DNA of 64,000 nucleotides. Source: Azolla caroliniana. Lineage: Eukaryota; Plantae; Polypodiophyta. The stretch spans positions 7,502,001 to 7,566,000 of the forward strand of contig JBHGNT010000017.1 of the NCBI GenBank assembly GCA_043228905.1, given 5' to 3'. This document shows, piece after piece, positions 37,901 through 50,900 of the stretch (its first letter is position 1; each line of letters starts with the position of its first letter). The position numbers and the translations under genes are program-made. The notes beneath the pieces were generated by a model, which made no database searches, was not told where the DNA came from, and saw only the letters and a program-made list of their open reading frames with translations.

Positions 37901-39681
37901 AAAAACTCAAGGTTTATTTTGTTACAACTAAGTTGATAAATTGGTATTTGTACAAAATGCTCTATATAAACATCTATTACTTTACGTGACAGGATTTTGC
38001 GACAAGATTTCTTGATGGAGAATTGGAAGTTTTCTATAAGTCTGAACCTATTCCCGAAATAGTAAGATAATACTTATAACACTAAATATACACACTTATT
38101 CCCTCTCCATTTTTCACAAACAAGCTTATCTCTTTGATAATGAATATTTTATCAATAACCACAATACAATGATGGAACGTACAATAACATTAAGTGAACC
38201 TTGACATCCTACAATCATTGACAAAACATAATAGAATGGAATTTCTTTTAGGGAAAAGTACCAGGATACCCTTGGAAGTTCGTCTATTTATCAGAATGCC
38301 CTTGGAAGTTCCAAATTTACCAAACTACCCCTATGTCCAAAAAATTACACTTTATAAAGTAATTATACACTCAAATCTACAAGCCCTATTCACCAAAGAT
38401 GGAAGAAATGGACCTGAACTAGCCCTATTTACCAAAGACTTGAGTGTATAATTACTTTATAAAGTGTAATTTTTTGAACATAGGAGTAGTTTGGTAAATT
38501 TGGAACTTCCCGGGGCATTATGGTAAATAGACGAACTTCCAGGGGTATCCTGGTACTTTTCCCTTTCTTTTATCTAAGGAATGACAACATTGCATATGTA
38601 TATCCCTATTTGCCCCCCCCCCCCCCGCCCCCTTTCTCTCATATATTCATAAATACTTATTCATGGACTTCTATGTACACAACTTTAAGTAAGGGACTCT
38701 ATTGTACATTATTCATGTCTTACATTCTATTGGGTGTGGTTTACTTTGGCTATAGAATGTTGAAGATGTAAAGATTGTCGTTGGCAATAGTTTTGATGAG
38801 ATTGTTCTCGATGAGTCAAAAGATGTACTTTTGGAGGTATTTTGGCCATTAAAATCATGTTGTTTGAGCAATGTGCTCTACTATTAAATAACACAATGAC
38901 ATATTCTAAGATAAACTACTATATACTAGGTATATGCTCCATGGTGTGGATATTGTCAAGCTTTTGAACCTATCTACAAAAAGTTGGCAAAAGCATTAAA
39001 AGATGTTCATTCCCTTGTTATTGCCAAGATAGATGGAACAACAAATGAACATGCAAAAATGAAGGTATAATCATAGCAAGTTTAATCCTTAGTAAGAAAA
39101 TTGGTTTTTTGCAGGGTATTAAGTTGTGTGTCCATCATAGGTAAGGACCCAATGTTGATAGTATCTACATTACTGGTTTGTGTTTTATCTCTTTATAAAG
39201 AAAATATTATTCATTGCGTGGTTTTGATATGGTTATCTTGCCATTAGGTGGACGAATATCCCACTCTATTATTTTTTCGAGCTAAAAGCAAGAGATTTGA
39301 TCCAGTGAGTGTGTCTATGTAGATGACATCCATCATATTTCCATTTGTGTATGCGTGAATCACTAGAATATGAATATTTATTTGTATGCCATATGATATG
39401 ATCATGATTATTCAATATCCGCATTATAGTTGTGTGTTGTATTTGCACATATGTTTACAAATTCTAGAATGATTTTTAACTTAATTCATTTTTTATCCTC
39501 GGATGATTTCAAATAGATGGTATTTGATGGAGAGAAGTCCATCAAAACATTGTACCAATACTTGAAACATAATGTTGGTGTTCCATTTACATTAGCCAAA
39601 GAGGAGAATCTTGACGAGCAAACCAACACATTGAAAATTTCATATGAAGATTCAACATATCAAATGAAAGAGGAGTTATAA
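34969..39681 (+). CDS. PDIL1: ER protein disulfide isomerase, PDIL1-3/1-4 type with acidic N-terminal extension; 12 exons, 601 aa
   Basis: Exons 34969-35606, 35990-36119, 36224-36389, 36528-36646, 37097-37177, 37566-37652, 37834-37911, 37993-38061, 38756-38836, 38930-39064, 39248-39304 and 39517-39681 (1806 nt, all GT-AG). Signal peptide, APWCGHC and APWCGYC sites, C-terminal KEEL. Confidence 0.95.
36705..37062. repeat. ATGC/ATGG/TG low-complexity tract in PDI intron 4
   Basis: Simple-repeat mosaic. Confidence 0.85.
38251..38563. mobile_element. Mutator-like MITE in PDI intron 8
   Basis: Inverted repeats of about 125 bp starting GGGAAAAGTACCAGGATACCC; 9-bp TSD TTTCTTTTA at 38242-38250 and 38564-38572. 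Confidence 0.92.
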
Positions 39682-42600
39682 TCTATAAGCTATTTTTGTA
39701 ATAGGACCACAAAATCATGAATTTGTTTTTCTAATCCCAAAGGTCATAGTTAACCTTTGGCAATGATAATGAAATCCCTCTTTTTTTTCGTATTTTTGGC
39801 AACGATACAATGCTCTCTCTCTCTCTCTGAGAGTTAAGCAAGGTTGTCCACTTTGACCAACTCTATTTGTTCTATGCATTGATGAATTAGAACAAATGAT
39901 TGCCAAGTTTGTAAAGGAAGACGTAATTCAAGAAGTTATTATAATTGAGAATATTGTGGTGTCCCTAAAAAGAGCCACCTCAAAACCAACCCCAAGATGA
40001 CTCATGAGGAAACCAAGGAACCCAAGACGGAGTTGGCACTAGTTTAACCGAAGAATGGTTTGGGTTGGGATAGTCCCAAGTAGCTACGACTCCAACCCAA
40101 GTTGGAAACCAAGAAACACATTCTTCACAAGTGGAAGCATAAGGAATATTTCGTCGGATTTTGGGGCTTTTTTGACCATTTCACAAAACTATTGGGAAAT
40201 CAGTCCCTCCGGATGGGATCCGGCTATGAATGAAGAGATCCGAAAACCGGATTGGATGGACCCGGTGAGAACCATAAGAGAAGACAGATTTGTAAATATG
40301 TCTTGAGTAAGCCTATTGAGGCTACATTTGTAAATAGCCCTAAGTTCATATAAGTATAAACATGATTTAGGGCAATCACTTTAGGTGTAAGTGAGTGTGG
40401 TTGTTGTCATGTTGTTGTACAAAGAGAGGGAGAGAGAGAGATAGAGCAATACTCTGTTATAACCGCCGCCTTGTGAAGAAACTGAGCTCGAGGTCGTTGC
40501 CTACAAGTCTCTAATTGTACCCCTTCTCTTCATAGTGATAGTTCGGAGTCTGTGGGCTCCCGTGGTTTTTCCCTATTAGGGTTTTCCACGTAAACATCCT
40601 GTATTCACTCTTTAGTTCGCATTTCTGTGTTCTCCATTCTCATTGAAGTGATTCAAGACTCGGTTGTGGTCGAGCAATATTCCGCGTGATTCTCTTCAAT
40701 CTGATAACAGAGCGAACAACACAGAAAATGGAAGAATCGTTCGGCGGCATGTTCAAGCTCACCGGCTCCAACTACTCAGTGTGGAAATCGAAGATGAGGG
40801 ACATGCTGGTGGTTAAAGATCTTTGGTTGCCGGTTCAGTTCGAGGACAAGAGACCGGATAAGATCGACGCCAGAGTGTGGGAGGTGATGCACATGAAGAG
40901 GATGGCCTACATCCGGTGCTTCATCGACATGAGCCTGTAGAACAACTTCAATGAAGAGAGCAAGGCTTATGAACTCTGGGAGAAGATCGACATCATGTTC
41001 TAGAACAAGAATGTTGTTAATCGGGTTTCGGTATTCCGGAAGCTAGTGAGGCTTCAGTACCAAGACGGCTCCAGTATGGCGGAGCACATAAATGCCTTCC
41101 AGGGGCTAATACACCAAGCAACCTCGTTGGAAGTACCTCTCGCCGATGAGGTGGTCGTATTGTTCCTGCTCGGTTCCCTCCCGGATAGTTGGGAGACACT
41201 AGTTGTCACGTTGGGCAACGTTGGGTTGGAAGGAAAACAGTTGTCCCTAGCAAGGGTAAAATCAAACTTGCTAGATGAAGAAGCTTGCCGGAAGGATCGG
41301 GAGTTCGGAACCGATCCGAAGGCCTTGGTTACCGAAGATGAACACAACCGGGGAAGAGGCTAGTATCGGAGTCCCCAAAACCGGGACAAATCGGGAACGA
41401 GGTCGAAATCAAGGGGGAGGCCTATTTGCTTCTATTGTGGGAAGTCGGGGCACTTCCAAAAGAACTTCTGGCATTTCCCGAAAGAGAAAGAAACCATCAC
41501 TATTGATTCAAAGAAGAGTTCAGACCGAAACGGTTCGGATCGGAGATGCCCGGATCGGAAAGGAATGTCGGTAATCGCAACAAGTGAAGAGGAACTGATG
41601 CTCATTACCGAGGAGAATGAGTTAAACCTTGTCAGTGACAAGACAACGTGGGTTGTCGATTCTGGAGTGTTGTTCCACTTGACATCGGACCGGAGATGCT
41701 TCTCATCCTACACAGTCGGGGATCATGGTTGTGCCCGGATGGGGAATGAAGGGACCTGCGGAACTTTCGGCATAGGAGATGTCTTGTTGACAACATCAAT
41801 TGGATGCAAGTTGCTGCTGAAGGATGTCCAACACGTTCCAGAGGTTCGATTGAACCTGATATCAGCCGGTTGGCTAGATGATGAAGGCTACACGAGTAGC
41901 ATCTGGAACGGAGTCATGAAGGTCAGCAAAGGGAGCCTAATAGTCGCTCGAGCCCGGAAGCTCAACACAATGTACTTGATGAATGCACGGATATGCCGGG
42001 AAGAAGTGAATGTAGCATTCGACACTGCCGGTGAGCTGTGGCAGAAGAGACTGTGTCACATGAGTGTGAAGGGGATGAAGAGGCTTGCCGAAGACAACCT
42101 CATTCCAGTGAAGGACGTGCAACTTGAGAAGTGCACCGATTGCTTGGCTGGCAAGCAAAACCAAACCTCCTTCCGGCAAGACCACCGATGAGACGGAATG
42201 CACCACTGGAGTTGGTGCATACCGATGTGTGTCAAGTGGACATGAAGTCACATGCTGGATCGTAGTACTTCATGACATTCATAGATGACCACAGCCAAAA
42301 GCTGTGGGTCTCACCACTGAAGACGAAGGATCAAGTGTTATCCGTCTTCAAGCAGCTCCACGCGAGAGTGGAAAGAGAAACCGACCAGAAGCTAAAGGCG
42401 GTTCGAGTGGAAAACGAAGGAGAATATTAGGGGCAGTTCAAGGAGTATTGCAGGTCGAAGGGAATCCGGTTCAATTTTACTATGCTGAAGACGTCGAAAC
42501 TTAACGGGCTGGCCGAAAGGATGAACCAGACCATAATGGAGAGAGTCCGGAGAATGCTTGCACATGCCAAGTTACCCAAGACGTTTTGGGTTGAGGTGTT

Positions 42601-43220
42601 GACAACGGCGACCTATGTGATAAACAGATCACCCTTAGTACCCTTGGGAGGAGACTCACCTCAGAAAGTAGGGACTGGTAAAGAGGTATCTTAACAGCAT
42701 CTGAAGGTGTTCAGGTGTCTCGCATACGTGCATGTTGTCAGGAATAGTACTAAAGCAGAGATGGAATTAGTACTAAGAAGAGCAGTACTATTAGTACTAA
42801 GAGGACGAGACTGCGTAAGATTCTCGAGAGAGGAAGTGAGAAGAGGAGAGAGAGAGATAGCGAGGATGAAAGAGAGAGAAAGATGATGACAACAACTAAT
42901 ATATTATGTGAAAAGATAAGTACAAGCGACTAAGAGGCTTAAGACTGGCGTTGAACCAATTTGGTTCAACATAATGCCTAGTGCCTTCTTTTATAGTGTT
43001 GTCAGGAGTAATCCTGAAACTTCTAGAATGTTCCAGAGAAATCTGGAATATACATTACTTTCTTATAATAAAACATAAATGAAAATAATATCCTATGAAT
43101 TACAATAGATGGTGTGATGGTTAAGAGCTCGACCCATATACCATAAGGTCATGGGTTCGAGTCTTGCCATATCATGACACTATCTCTCCCTTAACGACAA
43201 CGAGTGGAACGAGTCGGCAC

Positions 43221-46200
43221 TTATTGCGGACCGGGTTTATCCGGATACTTTCGGTGGAAATCAGCAAGCAGATCCTGAGCATTGGCAACATGCTCGACGG
43301 GTTCCCAAGAGTGTTCGCTCGGACTATAACCAACCCAATCGACCAAATAATAAAGTTTGTTGTGAATAAGTTTGGAGTCGAGGATGGCAGCAACTTCATA
43401 CTCCGGGCCGGCATCCAACTCCAGCGGCGGCGGCGGCGGCGGTGGTGTAACACGATCGGGAATGGTGTTTTCTTTATAAGGTTTAGGAAGAGAACAATGG
43501 AAAACCGGATGTATCTGAAGCTGCGGAGGGAGATCAAGGCGGAATGTGACATCATTAACTTTACCCATAATACGGAAAGGATCGAGTCGTTGATAATCCA
43601 ACTTGTTGCACGGTCGAGTAGTCTTGATGTGACGACGTAAGAGCCATACTCGATCTCCGATGGCAAAAGAGGAGGGAAGCCAATGACGATCCACGTAAGT
43701 CTTCTGTGTCTGTTGAGCATGACGAAGATGAGTCAAGAGATCTGTCTGGATCTTGGGTAGTCTCTCCAAATGATCCCCGGCACGAGGATTGGTAGGTAGC
43801 TCCGGGGTGTCGATCACCGACCAGCGAGGATGAGAACCGGTATAAGCGTAGAATGGGGAGACTCGAGTCGAGGAGTGAACAACATTATTATACGCAAACT
43901 CCGCAAAGTGGAGAATCTCGGCCCAATCGTCCTATTGATAACTCAGGAAACACCGGAGATATTGCTCCAGCGTTTGGTTTGTTCGCTCTGCCTGCCCATC
44001 GGTCTGAGGATGGTAGCCGGAGGAGAGGTTGCAAGAGACCTTGAGCATCTTGAAGAGATGCTGCCAAAATTTGGAGACAAATTGCGGTCCTCGGTCACTG
44101 ATGATACTGTCTGGGAGGCCATGATGCCGAAATACCTCACGCATGACTAGGGCGGCGGTTTCCTCGCTAGTGATGGCCTTAGTACACGGAACAAAATGTG
44201 CCATCTTCGTATATCGATCGACGACGGTTAAGATAGCATCGAACCCCTACGAGACCGGCAGATCTGTGATAAAATCAAGACAAATAGACTGCCATGGCTT
44301 ACTTGGAATCGGTAAGGGTTCCAACAAGCCATATGGATGGTGTCGTGGCATCTTTGCTCGACAGCAAGCATCACAAGTCCGAACGTAGTCGTCAACAAAA
44401 CGGCGCATGTGGGGCCACCAAAAAGATCGTTGCACTAGCTCCAACGTCTTAGTACTACCGAAATGTCCCGCCGTATGGGTGTCATGACAATGCTGGACGA
44501 TTTGAAGGCGACAGGAGCAATCGGGGACATATACGTGCTTTATAAAGAATAACAAACCATCATGATATTCGAATTGTTGGTAGTCAATACCTGGTTGTTG
44601 AGACTGAGAACAGGATGCCCGAGAAGTATCAATGTGCGCCAGGATGTCTTGAGCAAAACTATCCATCTTCAAGTTTGCACGTATGTCATCGGTAATCCAT
44701 GAATCCATCGGGGTGTGAAAAATCCGCATCGTGTGCAATTGTGTTGGTCCCAAGATTACTTGCTTTTGATTATCAAATGTTGGATCACCAGGACGAGGTG
44801 GAAGATATGAACGCCGTGATAGTGCATCTGCTTTTCCTTGCTGCTTCCCCGGTCGATATGTGATTTTGAAGTCAAAACGCGTGAGGAATTGCGCCCACCG
44901 AGATTGCCGTCGATTTAGTATGCGAGAGTTCTGGAAATAAGCAAGATTTTTATGATCACTAAAGACAACGACCTGATGTGGAGAGCCCTCTAAGAAATGC
45001 TGCCATTGCACAAATGAATCCACGATGGCTAATAACTCCTTGTCATGTATTTCGTAGTTGATTTCCGCAACATCGAATTTGCGCGAATGGAAAGCCACCG
45101 GATGCAACTCTTCTTTATCTCCTTGTTGAGAAAGGATGCTACCGAGGGCGAAATCTGAAGCATCGGCCTCCATGATGAATGGTTTGCTAGTATCCACATG
45201 AGCTAGAATTGGTGCTGATGTACCGGCTTTCTTAAGATGCTGAAAAGCCATATCTGCTTCAACGGACCAAAGAAATGCTTGGCCCTTCTTCGTAAGTTGT
45301 GTGAGGGGTAAGATAATCTTCGAGTAATCCTGTATAAACTTACGATAGAAGTTAGCAAAACCTAGAAAACATTGTACATCTCGTACCGACCGTGGAATTC
45401 GCCACTCTAATACAGTTTGGACTTTAGCTGGATCCATGGCGATGCCCTTTGAGGAGATGACGTAGCCTAGAAATTCCACTTGCTTGCAGTCAAAGCTACA
45501 TTTTTCTAGCTTGACATAAAGACCATTCTCGCGGAGTCGCTTTAGTACTAATAGTACATGAGAATCGTGCTCTTGCTGGGTCTTCGAAAAAATCAATAGA
45601 TCATCAAGATAGATGATCAAACAAATATCCAAGAGGTCTCTGAATATATCATTTGCCAGGTGTTGGAAGACTGCGGGTGCATTGGTTAGGCCAAATGGCA
45701 TAACAGTATACTCGAAATGCCCATACCACGTGCGAAAGGCAGTCTTCCATTCATCTCCCGGTCGGATCCGCACGAGGTTATACGCTCCTCGTAGATCGAT
45801 TTTGGTAAAAAACTTGGCAGCATTAACTCGTTCTAAAAGACTTGATATAAGAGGAAGTGCATACCTATTCCGGATGGTGACCTTATTCAATCCGCGGTAA
45901 TCAACGACGAGACGAAGTGAGCAATCTTTCTTCTTGACAAAGAAGATGGGTGCACCGGCCGGAGATTTCGAATGACGGATGAACCCGCTTGCCAAGTTCT
46001 CCTCTATGTAGGCTTGAAGGACTTCTAACTCGGTGGGTGACAAGTTGTAAATTGGTCCCCATGGTGGCTCAGTTCCTGGTTGTAAATCGATGGGACAGTC
46101 ATAGGGACGGTGATGAGGAAGGGCACCGGCTTTTACCTTGTCAAATACATCGGCATAAGGATGATATTTTGCCGGAAGTTGTACTGAGGAGTCCTTCTTA

Positions 46201-46769
46201 ATAGTGCTGGAAGGATGTACTGATATTGCAAATAGGAACATTGCCTCCTTGTGTCCTTCTTCGCGTAATTGATGGAGTGAAATGGTCGAAACTCGGTGAG
46301 TAGATTCTTGGGGTGGTCGATATCGGACTTCTCTTGTTCTCCAATCTATGGCTGGATTATGTAATTCAAACCAAGGTAATCCTAGGACAATGGGATGCTC
46401 TGGACTACTAATTATATTAAATGATATTACACACACAAAACTACCTAGGATAACTTGAATGGGTTCTGATTCTTCTACAATATTCCCGGAAGCAATGGGA
46501 CGACCATCAATGACTACTACAGATGCGGGACAAGGAAGTTTTCTTAGGGATATCTGAGAAGCTTGGGCAAAATTTCGATCCATGAAACAGGAATTAGCTC
46601 CGGAATCTAAGAGTGCTAGGACGAGTACTGGGGGAGTACTTTTAGTACTAACAATGACTTGGGCTAGGAACACATTGCTAACTTGCTTGGAAGGAATGGA
46701 ACCACTAATGGGCTGTACAGATCTAGGGTTGTTGTCCAACCAAATGGCTCCTATTTTGGCTGGACTCAA
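43221..46769 (-). pseudogene. Chromovirus pol (PR, RT, RNase H, IN, chromodomain) with two in-frame stops
   Basis: Motifs LLDSGA, YLDDLL, EADASD, HDTHTAGH..C..C, GQAER and YEVAAILD. TAG stops at 44247 and 43932, no frameshift. Confidence 0.93.
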
Positions 46770-47923
46770 TCGTTTAACTCTTCATCTAATTGACTAAGGA
46801 TTTCAAATTTGTTTGAGATACTTGGGCTATTAGTACTATGAATACTATCTGACACTCTATTAGTACTATTAAAACTATCAGACACTCCGAAGGGAAGAAT
46901 TGACTCGGGTTTAGTACAGGCGACGATTTGATTTACCTGTCTTCTTGGCCTATGGGGACAATTGATGGCGATATGCCCTGGTCCATCGCAATAAAGGCAT
47001 AATCGATTGGCACGTCGTTGTTGCTTTTCTTCTTCCGATAACGGGCTGCGTCGACGCATGGTGTCGATCTCCATCAGTGTCGGAATATTGGATTGAGGTA
47101 CATCGCGTGCAAATGGTTTAGCCGTGACTGAGGCGTATCTGGGTTCCGGCCGAGAGCGTGGTATTTGTAACTGACGCTCCGAACGTCGTTCGAAAAGGCG
47201 GTTGTCGCATCGGACCACTCGACTAATTGCCTCCGTAAGAGACTTTGGTTCTTCGGGGAAGGTTAAAAGCAGATCTTTGACATCATTGCGCAAGCCGTAG
47301 CGAAACTGCTCCATGAGGGCCTGATCATCCCAGGGAATATCTGAGGCGAGTAGATGGAAATCCGCCGCGTAGGCAGAGGCTGGACGATCGCCTTGACGCA
47401 ATCTTCGGATCTTGTTGATCGTCGTCCTGATGTTGTCGGTATCTCCAAAGCAGGCTTTAAACTCACCAATAAAATCTTCAAAGTTATTAAGCAAGGGTGA
47501 TTGTTTTTCTAGAAGCGGAGCAAACCATGCCAAGGCTGAGCCGCTAAGTAACGTGCCTATTAGGCCGACTCGAGATGCATCAATGGGATATCAGGAAGGA
47601 TGCATCTGGATGACTAAGCGTACCTTATTAAGGAATCCCCGGAATTGCGCTCGCATTCCATCAAATTTCACAGGAAGTCCAATCTTGGGCTCTTTATGAA
47701 ATCCTTGGGGACTTGATCCTTGTTGTTGCAACGCTGCTTCGAGTTGTTGTACCCGTAATGCTAACTCCCCATGTTGTTGTTGCGTTTGTTGTCTTTCGAG
47801 AGCGACTTGTTGCAGATCCCCTATCAACCGTTGGTTTTCTTGTTCCAGGGCAACAAACTTTTCTTTTAGGCACTGTAACTCGGAGAAAACGGATTGATAT
47901 TCCTGGCCGCTGACAGTAGCCAT
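46766..47923 (-). pseudogene. Chromovirus gag (Sushi/PEG10-like) with one in-frame stop
   Basis: Coiled-coil N-terminus, EPKIGLPVKFDG, LRQG..YAADF and CLYCDGPGHIAINC; stop at 47591. Confidence 0.9.
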
Positions 47924-50900
47924 AGTATAGGGAAAAGGGTAGGAGGATGAGGGAGAATGACAAGTAGGTTGGAGGAAAGGAAAAATTGGTTCAAACTGTC
48001 AGGAATAGTACTAAAGCAGAGATGGAGTTAGTACTAAGAAGAGCAGTACTATTAGTACTAAGAGGACTGGACTGTGTAAGATTCCCGAGAGAGGAAGTGA
48101 GAAGAGGAGAGAGAGAGATAGCGAGGATGAAAGAGAGAGAAAGATGATGACAACAGCTAATATATTATGTGAAAAGATAAGTACAAGCGACTAAGAGGCT
48201 TAAGACTGGCGTTGAACCAATTTGGTTCAACATAATGCCTAGTGCCTTCTTTTATAGTGTTGTCAGGAGTAATCCTGAAACTTCTAGAATGTTCCAGAGA
48301 AATCTGGAATATACATTACTTTCTTATAATAAAACATAAATGAAAATAATATCCTATGAATTACAATAGATGGTGTGATGGTTAAGAGCTTGACCCATAT
48401 ACCATAAGGTCATGGGTTCAAGTCTTGCCATATCATGACACATGTGGCGAAGGATAACAGAGCAAAGCTGGATCCGAAGTCTCGACCATGCATATTCCTT
48501 GGATACGGCAATGATGAGTTCGGTTACCGGGTGTGGGATCTAGTCGACAAGAAGGTGTTCCGGAGTCGGGACATAGTCTTCATGGAAGACAAGACCATTG
48601 CCGACTAGGAGTCGGCGAAGAAGATGATGAACTCTGGATCATCCAATGAAAGACCGGCTTGAGGACACAAGGATATACCCGGATGTTAGCCGGTAACCAG
48701 ATGACACTCGACAAACCGGCCGGATACGGACAAGAAACCGAACCGACCGAAGAAGAAGAAGAAGAAGACACCAGAACCGAAGATCTCGAATCGGATTCAG
48801 ATTCGGAACAACCAGAGGAACTAGTAGTCAGAAACCGAGGATGGAGATATCCTCTCCGAGAGAGAAGAGCCCCCCGGAGATTTCCGAATGCAGAGCACGT
48901 GTTCCTAAGCGATGAGGGGGAGCCGGAAAGTTTCAAAGAAGCAAAGAGAGACACCCACAGCTGCAAGTGGTTGAGTGTCATGCAGGATGAGATGGATTCC
49001 CTCCATGAGAACGGCATATATGAACTGACAGAGTTGCTGAAAGGGAAGAGAGCACTCCGGAACAAGTGGGTGTACAAGCTGAAACCGGGAAATCCACCAA
49101 GGTATAAGGCCCAAATTGTGGTGAAGGGCTTCTAGCATTGCGACCTCGAAGAAGAAATCTACATGCATCAACCATAAGGATTTGAGAAGAAAGGGAAGGA
49201 GCTCATAGTGTGCCAACTGAAGAAGAGCCTATATAGACTAAAGCAAGCCCCCAATGGTACTGGAAGTTTGACTCCTTCATATGACCGACCAAGGGTACCA
49301 CAAAACACAAGCCAATCATTGCGTGTTTGTGAAGAAATTTGAGAAAGGAGATTTCCTAATACTCCTATATGTGGATGATATGTTGATTGTCGGTCGAGAC
49401 CAAGTCAAGATACGGATGCTGAAGAAGGCTCTGAACCGAACCTTCTCAATGAAAGACTTGGGGTCGGCAAGACAAATATTGGGAATGCACATCATCCGGG
49501 ACCGGTCGAAGAAGCTGTTGTGGTTGTCACAGGAAAAGTACGTGACAAAGGTAATCCAAAGGTTCAACATGTCGGAGGCAAAACTGGTCGGATCGACAAT
49601 TCCGGCAAATTGCAAGCTATCCGGAAAACAAAGCCCAAGGACAAAGGCGGAGAAGATGGATATGATGAAGATACCATATGCCTCTGCCGTCGGGAGCTTG
49701 ATGTACGCAATGGTATGTACCCGGCTGGATATCGGATATGCAGTCGGAGTGGTGAGCCGGTTCATGAGCAATCCAGGAAAAGAGGACTAGAACATGGTCA
49801 AGTGGATACTCCGGTACTTGAAAGGCACCTCAAGTATGTGCCTCCGGTTCGGCTCTAATAATACCCAACTTAATGGATTCACGGATTCGGATATAGCGGC
49901 TAATGCAGATACCCACCGATCTACATCCAAATATGTCATGACTTATGCAGGGGGAGCTGTATCATGGCAGTCGAGGCTGCAGAAGACGGTTATATTGTCA
50001 ACCACGGAGGCGGAGTACATGGCAGCTATAGAAGCCGACAAGGAGATAATCTGGATGAATGGCTTCATCGAAGAGCTAGGGATCCAACAGGAGGAATAAC
50101 GGCTCTATTGCGGCAGTCAAAGTGCCATCCACCTTGCAAAGAACGCGGCCTACCATTCCCGGACGAAACATATCCAGTGGAGGTACCATTGGATCTGGGA
50201 GAGAGTAGAAGATCAAGAGTTCATGTTGGCGAAGATCCACACAGAGGAGAACGGGTCGGATATGCTAGCCAAGGTGTTGACAACCGACAAGTTGGACACA
50301 TGCCGAAAGCGGATCGGGTTGACAAGACATCCCATGCCGGAGTGAAGGGGGAGATTGTTGGGAAATCGGTCCCTCTGGATGGGATCCGGCTATGAATGAA
50401 GAGATCCAGAAACCGGATTGGATGGACCCGGTGAGAGCCAGAAGAGAAGACAGATTTGTAAATATGTCTTGAGTAAGCCTATTGAGGCTACATTTGTAAA
50501 TAGCCCTAAGTTCATATAAGTATAAATATGATTTAGGGCAATCAATTTAGGTGTAAGTGAGTGTGGTTGTTGTCATGTTGTTGTTTAGAGAGAGGGGGAG
50601 AGAGATACAGAGCGATACTTTGTTGTAACCGCCGCCTGGCGAAGAAACCAAGCTCAAGGTCATTGCCTACGTGTCTCTGATTGTACCCCTTCTCTTCATA
50701 GTGATACTTTGGAGTCTGTGGGCTCCTGTGGTTTTTCCCTATTAGGGTTTTCCACGGAAACATCCTGTGTTCACTCTTTAGTTCACATTTCTGTGTTCTC
50801 CATTCTCATCGAAGACTTGGTTGTGGCCGAGCAATATTCCGCATGATTCTCTTCAAACACCTTGATACCAGTAGCACATGTTCTCGAAAACTTGATGAAA

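Larger units (their letters stand above)
42736..48440 (-). mobile_element. Full-length Tcn1-like chromovirus (Ty3/gypsy)
   Basis: 444-bp LTRs at 42736-43179 and 47997-48440 (about 8 differences), TSD CATGT, PPT 43180-43193, order gag then PR-RT-RH-IN-chromodomain. Confidence 0.96.
40190..50855 (+). mobile_element. Decayed full-length copia (same group as 29-2460) with a nested chromovirus
   Basis: LTRs 40190-40698 and 50356-50855, degenerate PBS at 40702, PPT 50345-50355, TSD AAAAC/AACAC (one mismatch). Many stops and an internal RT deletion near 49138. Confidence 0.92.

Noticed and set aside
43103-43169. Functional tRNA gene
   Set aside because: The acceptor and anticodon stems do not pair; only promoter-box similarity remains, which is reported as a finding.
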